Source of the DNA: Octopus sinensis
Lineage: Eukaryota
Direction of reading: 5' to 3'
Length of the DNA: 12,361 nt
Assembly (NCBI RefSeq): GCF_006345805.1
Contig: NW_021826584.1
Span: 1 to 12,361 of the forward strand
Notes under the pieces: model-generated
Seen by the model: the letters and a program-made list of their open reading frames with translations, nothing else
The model's database searches: none
What the model was told of the DNA's origin: nothing
Made by a program: the position numbers and the translations under genes
Shown here: positions 1 to 9,839 of the stretch, one piece after another
How the letters are laid out: the number at the start of each line of letters is the position of its first letter
Position numbering within the stretch: the stretch's first letter is position 1

Positions 1-719
1 TAAACGGACCTGTCATTAACTGCTATTTTAATTACTGTTCATCTATCGTTGATATTTATTCCTCAATTCTATGTGTCATATTATATTATAGATATCACAT
101 AATGTATGCGTTGTTAAACGTTTGTAGCTGCAATATTTCGTCTAAGCGAAATCCATTTTAAAATGTGTAGTTTTAAAAACACAATATGCTTCAAAATTAA
201 GCGAAGCAAAATGGCCACGGGAGTGAACGAGAAAAAAGATATTGGATGTGTTACACTTTTTTCCTGTACATCAGTGCAGGGATATTCTCTCCTCTTTCGA
301 AACGAAATCGCCTGCTAGCGATTGCCCAAGATCCATAACAGCGTGATCAATTTTGGGAAGAGATAGCTGCAAAGTGAAGTCATTCACCACTCTGCCAAGC
401 CTAAAATACCAAAAGTGAAATACGGATAGCGAAAATTAAGCAGAACGAAACGGAGGAAAAAAAGAGAGAGCTATAGAGTCAAACGAATCAGACGCACATA
501 TATAAACCAAGACCCCTATCTGTACACATACATTATAAATCTCTATCATTATATATATAAATACATACATACATACATACATATATACATATATATGTAC
601 GTACATATATGTTTATATATATGCATATGTTTTATTTATTAATATATTATATGACGGAACGAACGCATCCCTTTCTAAGTAAGATTGTTCTTGACATTAA
701 TTTTGATGCGCACTCTTAA

Positions 720-897
720 CCTTTCTGTCCCATTCCTTTCTCAGCCTTCATTCTTTGATTTCCTTTTCTTCTACTTAACTGTCTCTCCCTCTCTCTCATT
801 CTTCACTCTCTCTCCCTCTCTCTCATTCTTCATGGTTTCCTCACAACCATTCCCCTTTCTTCTCTCCCTTTCTCTTGCTCCTTCTCCTCCCTCCTGT
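720..897. repeat. Polypyrimidine (CT-rich) low-complexity tract with a short direct repeat
   Basis: Mostly C/T; TCTCTCCCTCTCTCTCATTCTTCA occurs twice (about 783 and 809). It lies directly upstream of a CpG-richer segment. Confidence 0.75.
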
Positions 898-1168
898 CGT
901 TGACCCGCGACGAGAGCTCCGCTACTGTCTTTCTAGCCTGTCCTTCTTGAGGTGTGGACGGCAATTTTCTTTGCTCCGTTCGCCGTTCACAGGAATTAGC
1001 GTTCGTAATATTTTTTTTCGTTCGGCGTTAACAGCCCTTCTTGTCTTGTTATTTTCCTTGTCCTGTCTTTTACTGCTTATATTTTGTACTGTCGTTACTG
1101 TCCTATTTTTGTTACCATTTTTACCCCTCTGCAAAAAGATCTCAAATTTTATTTGATTTGCTTTTCGC

Positions 1169-1253
1169 ATGAAGGAAAGTTTCTTATCGAAGATACGTCT
1201 CGCCTTCACACCTTCGAAACGTAGAGTAGATGAAACCATGGCGACTGAAGAGG
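1169..1253 (+). CDS. Possible short first coding exon of an unknown gene (MKESFLSKIRLAFTPSKRRVDETMATEE...)
   Basis: The first ~29 codons of ORF 1169..1411 are complex and protein-like. The in-frame ATG at 1238 has a strong ACCATGG context. A GT at 1254 (weak donor) is followed by T-rich intron-like sequence. No homology recognised. Confidence 0.25.
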
Positions 1254-1423
1254 GTTTTTTTTTTTCCTTGTGTTTATTTGTCCTGTACTCTATTTTTGGT
1301 TCTTTAAGAAAAATGTCCAGTTCCTTGGGTTTGTGTCTATGTTTTCGTTTCTCATTGTGTTCGACGTTGTTTTGGTGTCCTGTACTCATATATCGTGTAA
1401 TATACATGTAGAGGTAGGTACGT

Positions 1424-1460
1424 ACATATATGTATATATATATGCATATGCTTTATTTAT

Positions 1461-1508
<48 letters not shown>

Positions 1509-1712
1509 CATACATACATTATATATATATATATACAAACATATATACATATATATATATGAATAATATATATATATATATGTATATATTAGATATAATA
1601 TATATATTATATATATTTATTTTATTATATATTTTTGTTTTACATATATGAATATTATATATATATAATATGTAGCATATAAATATTTATAGATATATAT
1701 ATATATTATATA

Positions 1713-1800
<88 letters not shown>
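1424..1800. repeat. (TA)n microsatellite, partly degenerate
   Basis: Long TA dinucleotide runs read directly. Confidence 0.95.
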
Positions 1801-1804
<4 letters not shown>

Positions 1805-2093
1805 GGATCACGGACCGACCAGACCATCAGATGTTGTTACACATCGCTGGTCACAATGCGTTCGCATGTTTTAGCCTTCAAATGACGCCACCCCGCTGCT
1901 AAGCGAGCAGGCCAACAGAAGAAAGAGTGGGAGAAAGAGTGGCGAAAGAGTACAGCAGGGATCACCACCCCCTGCCGGAACCTCGTGGAGCTTTTTTTAG
2001 GTGTTTTCGCTCAATAAACACTCACAACGCCCGAAACCGCGATCCTGCGACCGCGAGTCCGCTGCCCTAACCACTAGGCCCATTGCACCTCCA
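1801..2093 (-). mobile_element. tRNA-derived SINE (Octopus-like family)
   Basis: The minus strand starts GGAGGTGCAATGGGCCTAGTGGTTAGGGCAGCGGACTCGCGGTCGCAGGATCGCGGTTTCG, a tRNA-like head with an A box and an incomplete B box. The body is GC-rich and ends CGTGATCCCGTGAT running into (AT)n. Confidence 0.8.
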
Positions 2094-2104
2094 CACACAC
2101 ACCA

Positions 2105-2145
<41 letters not shown>

Positions 2146-2168
2146 TATTTATATATATATATATATAC
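2092..2168. repeat. (CA)n/(TA)n compound microsatellite
   Basis: Direct reading. Confidence 0.9.
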
Positions 2169-2454
2169 AAACTCTGAAATTTAATATGGATTTACTTAGA
2201 CATAAAGCCATACATATTCCCTAATACAATGCACATGCGCATATACGTATATGCCTGGACGCATACAAACATACATTCAGTATACACGCACACTTACTGA
2301 AATGGTGTGAAAATTTACAACAACTCTCATACAAATCGCAGACTAATTCTCCGACGCAATCGAATATTTTGGAATCTTGGTACGAATATAATTACGTTCT
2401 CTTAAGAATCGTGGCTCGCAGAGAACTGGTGAGCTGAAACTTTACGCGGACGCT

Positions 2455-2482
2455 CACACACACACACACAACATACAAACAT

Positions 2483-2537
<55 letters not shown>

Positions 2538-2570
2538 AACACACACACAAACACACGCATATACATACAC
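2455..2570. repeat. (CA)n microsatellite
   Basis: Direct reading. Confidence 0.95.
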
Positions 2571-2780
2571 ATGTATGTTTTCCAAGAACCGATATTAACA
2601 TGTCTTTCTGTACTATGGCATCAAAAATGAAATTACTGACTGTCGGATTCAAAACGCCAACAAAATTCTCATGTTTTCCGAAAAAAAATAGAACATGACT
2701 GACTATATCCGTATGTATGTGTGTGAGTATAAAAAAGAGAAGGATTACTGCTTTTCAACGAATTTTCATGTTATGGTGAT

Positions 2781-2782
2781 TA

Positions 2783-2830
<48 letters not shown>

Positions 2831-2855
2831 ACACATACACACACACATATATATA
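2781..2855. repeat. (TA)n/(CA)n microsatellite
   Basis: Direct reading. Confidence 0.9.
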
Positions 2856-3014
2856 GTGAAATGAAATTTCTTTCAAATGCTGTAATCCTCTCTTTGCAAT
2901 CAGGCGATATGCTTCAGTCTGTTTTTGCTATATTTTCTGTATATAATGTCTAAATCTGATTATCTATCTAAAACCTTAAGAGTTGAGTTAATACCTGTTA
3001 GTGATAGACTACTG

Positions 3015-3195
3015 CGGTTGGTAGAATTGTTAAAGAATTTGCCAAAATAACTCTCAGTATAGAAATCTGTCTGCTGTGGTTCTGCTGTATGTTGACATCG
3101 AAAACCGATTAATTCCGTATTTTTACAGTTTTTGTTTTACATTGTAGGTTCTTTCAATTTTTCCTGACTTGGGGCTACACAATGCAAATAAAATA
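3015..3195 (+). mobile_element. Highly decayed SINE relic related to the 6777-7160 family
   Basis: TTGGTAGAATTGTTAAAGAATTTGCCAAAAT...TCTGTCTGCTGTGGTTCTG loosely matches the head CTGGCAGAAACGTTAGCACGCCGGGCAAAAT...TCGTCTGCCGCTACGTTCTG of the minus-strand SINE at 7160. Confidence 0.35.
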
Positions 3196-3215
3196 ACAAA
3201 CTACAATCTCATGAC

Positions 3216-3308
3216 CAGGCAGAGCTTGTGTGATTAAGTATCTCGCTACGCAATCACTTAGTTTGGCCTTGAATCCCACTGGCGGCATCTTGGATGTCTT
3301 CTGCCATA
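3216..3308 (+). mobile_element. Degenerate 5' head fragment of the SINE family at 4615-5014
   Basis: GCTTGTGTGATTAAGTATCTCGCTACGCAATCAC...AATCCCACTGGCGGCATCTTGGATGTCTTCTGCCATA aligns with GCTGTTTGGTAAGTAGCTTGCTTGCTAACGAC...AGTCCCACTGGGCAAGTGTCTTCTACTATA (reverse complement of about 4928-5003). Confidence 0.65.
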
Positions 3309-3315
3309 TATATAT

Positions 3316-3361
<46 letters not shown>

Positions 3362-3491
3362 ATAATATATATGTATGTATGTATTATAGTATATAATATA
3401 TATATATATATATATATATTATATTATATATATATATATAATATATATATCTATATATTATATGTATGTATATATATAGTATATATATATA
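3307..3491. repeat. (TA)n microsatellite, degenerate
   Basis: Direct reading. Confidence 0.95.
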
Positions 3492-3654
3492 AACAACCAT
3501 GTGCATTTTCTCAGATGATTAGATAAGCGGTGCCGAGTTTTACAAATCTGTAAATAGCAATAATACTATTTTATAAGCCTAAAGCTTATAAGCGATCACC
3601 GTGTATTGACTAAAGAAAATAGTTTAATATTAGGGCATATAAACCCTCGACGGG

Positions 3655-3729
3655 AAAAAAGTTGGGTTTTCGTACTTATGAGACTCGAACGCACACCTCA
3701 ATGTTTGCTACTATTACACCAACGGGACC
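3655..3729 (-). pseudogene. tRNA-like relic or SINE head (tRNA-Gln-like 5' end) with A box, B box and T6 run
   Basis: Minus strand GGTCCCGTTGGTGTAATAGTAGCA...GCGTTCGAGTCTCA...CAACTTTTTT: A-box-like TGGTGTAATAG, B box GTTCGAGTC and an oligo-T run. There is no full anticodon arm or 3' acceptor strand. Confidence 0.45.
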
Positions 3730-3732
3730 ACA

Positions 3733-3748
3733 ACACACATACATACAT

Positions 3749-3795
<47 letters not shown>

Positions 3796-3802
3796 TATAT
3801 AT
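3733..3802. repeat. (CATA)n(CA)n microsatellite
   Basis: Direct reading. Confidence 0.95.
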
Positions 3803-4033
3803 CCAGGAGAGTACCGTTCAAGCAGTTTTTTTGTAATCCAAGTTATGGCTAACCGCATCGAGTGGCAAAGAACAACGTTGGGCTATTCGAGGTAAAATTA
3901 CCCTCAATGTATTTCATCTAAATGGTAAATCCTGTGTTCGCCTCTTTAGATTATAGCTTCTACTGTGTATAACCGAGATAATTCAATGAATAAGAAGAAT
4001 GAGTAGACGTATTAGTTTCCTTATTATCTTGTT

Positions 4034-4087
4034 CATACATACATATATACATACATACATACATATATACATACATACACACACACA

Positions 4088-4150
<63 letters not shown>
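4034..4150. repeat. (CATA)n(CA)n(TA)n compound microsatellite
   Basis: Direct reading. Confidence 0.95.
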
Positions 4151-4614
4151 GTGACTCAAAGCACTAGATTATTGGTGATTTACATCATAAATATTTCATA
4201 TTTCTCTTTTCTAATCAGAAATTATTATTGTTCCCCTTACAATTCGAAACAAGTGATAAAAGTAAGCACAGGTCTTGTTAGTCTTGTCATGTATACAACA
4301 ACATTCTGAACCTCAAATTGTTAAGATGATAATAAATTCAATGTTAATCGTTTGGACTATTGCCTTATCGTCGTCTGTAATCCATACAGGGAAGATAATG
4401 ACGATGATGATAACAATGATTATGATAATATGTCATTAGATATTTACATATGCGCATAAATACACAAACATAGCTGCTTACACGTATATGCAAATATCCA
4501 TACACGTAAATATTCCTTCACACGCACACATATACACGGAATCATCTATATATATATGTATAAATAAGAATATACAAGCATATATATATTTATGTATATG
4601 TATGTATATACATA

Positions 4615-5014
4615 CTCTTTTACTTGTTTCAGTCATTTGAATGTGGCCATATTGGAGCACCGCCTTTTTGTCGAGCAAATCGACCCCAGAACTTATTCGT
4701 TGTAAGCCTAGTACTTATTCTATCGAACCCTTTTGCCGTACCGCTAAGTTATGGGAACGCAAACACACCACTATCGGTTGTCAAGCGATGTTGTAGGGGG
4801 TGGGGAACCAACATAGACATACAAACATATACACACACATGCTAATACACACACATGCTTATACACACGGGCTTCTTTCAATTTCCGTCTACCAAATCTA
4901 CTCACAAACCTTTAGTTGGGCCGAGGCTATAGTAGAAGACACTTGCCCAGTGGGACTGAACCCGGACCCATGTCGTTAGCAAGCAAGCTACTTACCAAAC
5001 AGCCACTCCAACGC
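4615..5014 (-). mobile_element. Near full-length tRNA-derived SINE (abundant Octopus-type family) with an internal (TG)-rich tract
   Basis: Minus strand: A box TGGCTGTTTGG, B box GGTTCAGTCCC, TGGGCAAGTG (CORE-like), an internal TG tract, then a 3' body with GATAGAATAAGTACTAGG and GGGGTCGATTTG, ending TGACTGAAACAAGTAAAAGAG. Confidence 0.85.
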
Positions 5015-5025
5015 GTATATAAAGA

Positions 5026-5052
5026 CACATACATACATACTACATACATACA

Positions 5053-5088
<36 letters not shown>

Positions 5089-5172
5089 TTATATATATAT
5101 ATAATAATATATTATATATAATATATATATAATATAATACATATATATATATATACATGTATATATATATAT
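5026..5172. repeat. (CATA)n/(TA)n microsatellite
   Basis: Direct reading. Confidence 0.95.
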
Positions 5173-5386
5173 GAAAAAACAAGTCAAAAATAGAAAATGC
5201 TAAAATAACTTTATAGTGAACATTTCAGTACCGGTTTTCGGTCATTTTGAGACCTTTTCCAACTGTAACGATTAAATAATTAAATTAGAAAAATTAGAAA
5301 AAAGTTTTTTTAAAAGAATATTTCTATAGTAGTGTCAGATTTAAGTGGCATTCTGCCTTTCTCTGACTCCCTTTTGGCACTTGTGA
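5173..5386 (-). mobile_element. Short TA-flanked element carrying a minimal hammerhead-like motif (possible Penelope-like terminal fragment)
   Basis: About 215 bp of complex sequence bounded by (TA)n on both sides and containing the motif at 5221-5270. Confidence 0.45.
5221..5270 (-). ncRNA. Minimal type I hammerhead ribozyme-like motif (variant or degenerate core)
   Basis: Minus strand CGTTACAG TTGGAAAA GGTC TCAAAAT GACC GAAAA CCGG TA CTGAAATG. Stem I CGTT-A-CAG/CTG-A-AATG, stem II GGTC/GACC, palindromic CCGG stem III and a GUA site. It has two extra homopolymer bases relative to UUGANAA/GAAA. Confidence 0.55.
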
Positions 5387-5389
5387 TAT

Positions 5390-5445
<56 letters not shown>

Positions 5446-5501
5446 ATATATATATATATTATATATATATATCCACAAATATATATATATATACTATATA
5501 T
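5386..5501. repeat. (TA)n microsatellite
   Basis: Direct reading. Confidence 0.95.
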
Positions 5502-6589
5502 CGTGTGCGTGTTGTATGTGTGTGTCTGTATGGTGTGTATGTGTAGGTATCTAGGAAAATAACATGCATTCACTTAACGGGAAGCGTGGCTGGCAGAGTT
5601 CTGGTTAGCAAAAACTACACACACTTGCGAGCACGCGCAGCCTCTAGCTGTACATGTGTCAGCAATCACGTCTGACATAAATTTTTGATTTGCAGAAACC
5701 ACTAAAAACTGTAGAGTGTTGGAATTGAGAAAGACAAATGAAAAAAGAAAAATTAAGAAAGAAATATCTGGCGAGAGGCCGTTGAAGTTAATATTTATGT
5801 AGAGTTAAGTTGTATTTAGGATTGTAAGGTGACCCATAAAATTGAAAAAAAGGAAAGAAATAAAAGAGAACAGATTAACAAGAAATCTCAACGTTATAAA
5901 ATGAGGGATTACGTTTGTACGAAGATGGGGATTAACTAATTGATTTTTCCATATGTTTTGAGAAGACTCTTAATTGTAATATTATCTAGTAGCCAAAGTT
6001 TTATTTGAGGATTTAGTTGCTATAATTAAATGGCCATTTATTGGTGATTAAATGTAGGCAGCAATTTAACAATTTCTCATTGTAAATCGCATTATAATTT
6101 CCTTGTTTAATGCCGTACGAAAAATATCGGGGTATCATCTTCAGAGTGATTAGTGTTGCATGCATATAAAGTCACTTTGACAAAAATGTTGATGTTGCGA
6201 TCTCTTAACTTTAAATCATTGCTTATTAACATTGCATTGTGTTTCGAAGTCCCTCTCGTAATTAACCCAGTTTTGTTCATTTGCAAATCTCGTAGATAAT
6301 AAAATCTCACAAATCCTCAGGGATAGTTTTAACTGTAGTGCTGTACAGAAAATCCATCATTAACTTATTTACACTATAGTAAGCGACTCTTGACAAAATG
6401 TCGTTGAATTCCACACTTAAACAAAAATAGCTTTTGAATACGCGCGGAAGTTTCAGTTGGTGTTATTTCCTTCGACTATGCCCCTCAAGGTCATTATGTA
6501 TGTTATTTTCTCTTTAGCCTTAGGATTTATTCGGCAAGGTTACCTGGTTTCTATTGTGTGTATGCGCCCAAGATTATCATAACTGTCAC

Positions 6590-6780
6590 GAAAGGGCACC
6601 AAATTTCAAGACAAACAAATTTGAGGGGCGAAGCAAGTCAATTACACCGATTCCACCACGTGACTGATACCTTATTTTTTCGATTCGGCAAAGAAGATGA
6701 CCTTGACTGGATTTGAACTCAGAACAGAAAGTCACAGAGAAATGCTGCTCAACAATTTTGTCCGATGTACTAACCATTCT
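6590..6780 (-). mobile_element. Older diverged SINE copy, interrupted at its A box by the younger dimeric SINE
   Basis: GGATTTGAACTCAGAAC (B box on the minus strand), CTGATACCTTATTTTTTCGA and TTTTGTCCGATGTACTAACCATTC match the adjacent younger copies with many substitutions. Confidence 0.7.
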
Positions 6781-7160
6781 TTTCTACTCTGAGCACAAGG
6801 CCCGAAGTTTTGGGGGATGGAGCCAGTAGATTAGATCGATACCGGTACTTAATTTATCGACCCCCAAAAGGACGAAAGGCAAAGTCGACCTCGGCGAAAT
6901 TTGAGCTCAGAACGTAAAGACAGACGAAATACCTATTTCTTTACTACCCACAAGGGGCTAAACACAGAAAGGGCAAACAAAGATAGAGAAACGGATTAAG
7001 TCGATTATATCGACTCCAGTGCGTAACTGGTACTTATTTAATTGACCCCGAAAGGATGAAAGGCAAAATCAACCTCGGCGGAATTTGAACTCAGAACGTA
7101 GCGGCAGACGAAATACCGCTGAGCATTTTGCCCGGCGTGCTAACGTTTCTGCCAGCTCGC
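6777..7160 (-). mobile_element. Dimeric tRNA-derived SINE with a Deu/Nin-like central domain
   Basis: Minus strand GCGAGCTGGCAGAAACGTTAGCAC (A box)...GAGTTCAAATTCC (B box)...GCCTTTCATCCTTTCGGGGTCAATTAAATAAGTACCAG, resembling the DeuSINE/Nin domain. The segment GTACTTA...GACCCC...GAAAGGCAAA...ACCTCGGCG...CTCAGAACGTA...CAGACGAAATACC occurs twice (about 6845-6933 and 7030-7117). Confidence 0.85.
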
Positions 7161-7284
7161 AGCCAGATGCCATTCAAAACATTATTCTCAGCCGTAAATA
7201 CAAAACCATGTGGCCCCAGGCTTTTGCTATTGCAGAAATATAGTAGCGAAAAGAAATTGCGCCCAATAAATCTTAGTTAAAATG

Positions 7285-7295
7285 TTCTTCTTCTT

Positions 7296-7366
<71 letters not shown>

Positions 7367-7380
7367 CATTGTTATTATTA
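7285..7380. repeat. (TTC)13(TTA)n compound trinucleotide microsatellite
   Basis: Direct reading. Confidence 0.95.
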
Positions 7381-7415
7381 AAGGTGGCAGAACCGGTAGC
7401 ACGCTAGCAAAAGGC
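7381..7415 (+). mobile_element. Short SINE 5' head fragment (same family as 6777-7160)
   Basis: TGGCAGAACCGGTAGCACGCTAGCAAAAGGC resembles TGGCAGAAACGTTAGCACGCCGGGCAAAATGC. Confidence 0.55.
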
Positions 7416-8267
7416 ACCACGCTGTCTTAAAAAAGAAAGACAATAGGAAACAAAAATGAGATGATCATCTGTGTCTGCATGAAGAAATCTGGCCAAACAC
7501 TAAACAACAGTAACAGTAAATAACTTATCCCTTTGGTGCTGTGTATATAACAGCGGCAACACTTTCGGTCATTTGCTGGGCTGAATTCCCGTGCTTGTTG
7601 TTTACGTATGTCTCCCCAGCTGTGATTTGAATCCAGAATACAAACTTTCTACGTGAATGAGCTAAATTTGTATGAAAATTCGTAGAAGAAAAGTATAAAG
7701 TCAATGGGTGTAAAAGTTGTGGATGCTACCATTTCACTGATTGGGTGGGAGTGGGGTGCGTGGTCATCGTATGAATACTTGGACGAAAGAACAGAATTGG
7801 GTTTTAGTCGCTTGCCCATAATCCAAACGGGAACCTCACTGTCTCGATCATTCAGTCACTTGTATCCATTTAAGGCGCTCACTGTTCTTAGGAGAGCCTT
7901 GTGGATCGTCTCCATAGGGTACCATCTGAAGCAACCGTCGTTACAGCTTCTTATTAGATTCACGGATGTGACCAAATGAAACAATGGACGTTATTCAACC
8001 ATCTTCTCCTTAGTCTACAATTTTGATTGTGCACCCCCTACACGCCAAGGGACCTAACTCGTGGAGGTGAATAAAAAAAAAACCGCCACCTATTTCCTAG
8101 AAACTCATACTTTTATTCTAAACCCATTTCTTCATTATAACTGTCGAACCTAACATCGTTTCTACAACCCTAGGCTATCTAAACAAATACATAAACGATT
8201 TTTTAATACGAGCACCTAACCTTAATTTTTGGGTGGGTCTCATGATTTTAACGATCCCCAATCCAAA

Positions 8268-8413
8268 CCTGTACTTGCATTTCATTTTACCGACGCATTG
8301 GAATGATAAAAGCAACATTGATTCCTGCGGGATTGAAATTCAAGTAAGTAGAGTTGATGTGAAACTAAATACTGCAAAATATTTTGTCAGCCGCTTCTCC
8401 AATTCTGTCATCT
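8268..8413 (-). mobile_element. Highly diverged SINE copy of the 6777-7160 family
   Basis: CATTTTACCGAC...GAATGATAAAAGCAACATTGATTCCTGCGGGATTGAAATTCA...AAATACTGCAAAATATTTTGTCAGCCGCTTCTCCAATTCTGTCATCT is colinear with 7030-7157. Confidence 0.6.
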
Positions 8414-8787
8414 GAACGAAGGTAGAATAATGTTTAATATACTCCATAGATTTAGATCTTTACATTAACAGTGCTATTAATACTTTAACACTGATATTTA
8501 GAAGGTAGGGTTTCTTTTTAATAGCGGACTGTTGATGTTATTTTAAGTCTGCAGTGCTTTTTTATCCTTGCTAATAAATCTCTGAGGAAGTACAACAGCA
8601 AAATAGAAAACGAACGAAAGCGAAATGAGATTTAAAAAAGAAAAAGTAAACCAAAAAATGAAAAAAAAAAGAATTTACAGCACCAAAGAAAAGCAGATAA
8701 TGGTGAAGGCATACATCATATTTATATTTCTGCAGTGAAATTTCAACAGAAATTTTAGATACAACTGGAAAATTAATCACTCTATGC

Positions 8788-8997
8788 TCACACACACACA
8801 CACAGACACACACACACACACACACGCACACAAACAAACGCACACACACAGAATCACGTGTGTCCGTACGTATAAATGGGTGCACACATGTATATCGTAT
8901 ACATATATGCGTTTGTATACACATATACACACACGTATAAATATTATATATTTATGTAAATATATATATATATATGCACACACGTGCGATACATATA

Positions 8998-9038
<41 letters not shown>

Positions 9039-9075
9039 TATATATACACGATACTAGAAATATACGCATATTACA

Positions 9076-9108
<33 letters not shown>

Positions 9109-9119
9109 CTCTCTCTCTA

Positions 9120-9167
<48 letters not shown>
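8788..9167. repeat. Compound (CA)n/(TA)n/(TATC)n/(TC)n microsatellite region
   Basis: Direct reading. Confidence 0.9.
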
Positions 9168-9168
<1 letters not shown>

Positions 9169-9338
9169 TTACGACTTAAACGACATGCAAAGGTACATGA
9201 AGCCCAGTTACAACTACAGCCGGCTATTACCAGTAGAGACATTGTAGATCTTTAGCAGGGCTAAAAAGTCACATTCGATCACAGCACCAGTAACAGTTAA
9301 GCTTCGTGTAAGGCCATACTCGATAACGAGGGGCAGCC

Positions 9339-9340
<2 letters not shown>
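9168..9340 (-). mobile_element. Unclassified ~170-bp interspersed fragment between TA tracts (possibly an RTE-like 5' end)
   Basis: Complex sequence flanked by (TA)n. The minus strand begins GGCTGCCCCTCGTTATCGAGTATGGCC, a small hairpin reminiscent of RTE-clade 5' termini (from recall). Confidence 0.3.
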
Positions 9341-9341
<1 letters not shown>

Positions 9342-9413
<72 letters not shown>

Positions 9414-9605
9414 ATGTATATATATACATATATATATATATGTATATATATATATGTATATATATATATGTATATATATAGTTGTCTATATATATATATT
9501 ATATATTATATATACATATATATATATATATCATATATATACATATATTATATATATATATTACATACATATATATATATACATATATTATATACATATT
9601 ATATA
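9342..9605. repeat. (TA)n microsatellite, partly degenerate
   Basis: Direct reading. Confidence 0.95.
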
Positions 9606-9839
9606 TTTAATTTTTTCCCACTAGGCCGCTGGTGGCAAAAATTCTAACAAAATTTTTTTTTGCCACCCTATATTGATTAATTATGAATTTTCTGGTTAAT
9701 TCCGTAATGGAATCGACGGCTTATATTTATTTGCTGCCGATAAATTTGGCGCGAGTGCGATGATTTTAAAATTTTAGGTCAGATATTACCTTAGCAGGGT
9801 CGGAAATGCCTCGTGAAAATATCTGTTCCGACTTGGGCT

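Noticed and set aside
340-402. Minus-strand A-box-like TGGCAGAGTGG
   Set aside because: No matching B box or SINE body could be traced.
922-1407. 161-aa K/R/N-rich minus-strand ORF
   Set aside because: Its composition is the expected antisense read of a T/C-rich strand; no recognisable domain.
7704-8082. 91-aa ORF in a GC-richer block ending in AATAAAAAAAAAAA
   Set aside because: No recognisable protein motif or target-site duplication; cannot support a gene or retrocopy call.
8115-8270. Scattered CTAAACCC/CCTAAC/AACCCTA motifs resembling telomeric repeats
   Set aside because: Not tandem and too degenerate to distinguish from chance.
8576-8633. AAATCT-CTGAGGA...GAAA...AGATTT hammerhead-like match
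   Set aside because: No convincing stem II or III, and the would-be cleavage triplet ends in G (not NUH); probably chance.
9780-9834. HDV-like ribozyme reading of the pseudoknot (contains CCTCG)
   Set aside because: No P3, P1.1, P4 or J4/2 catalytic C segment between the helices.
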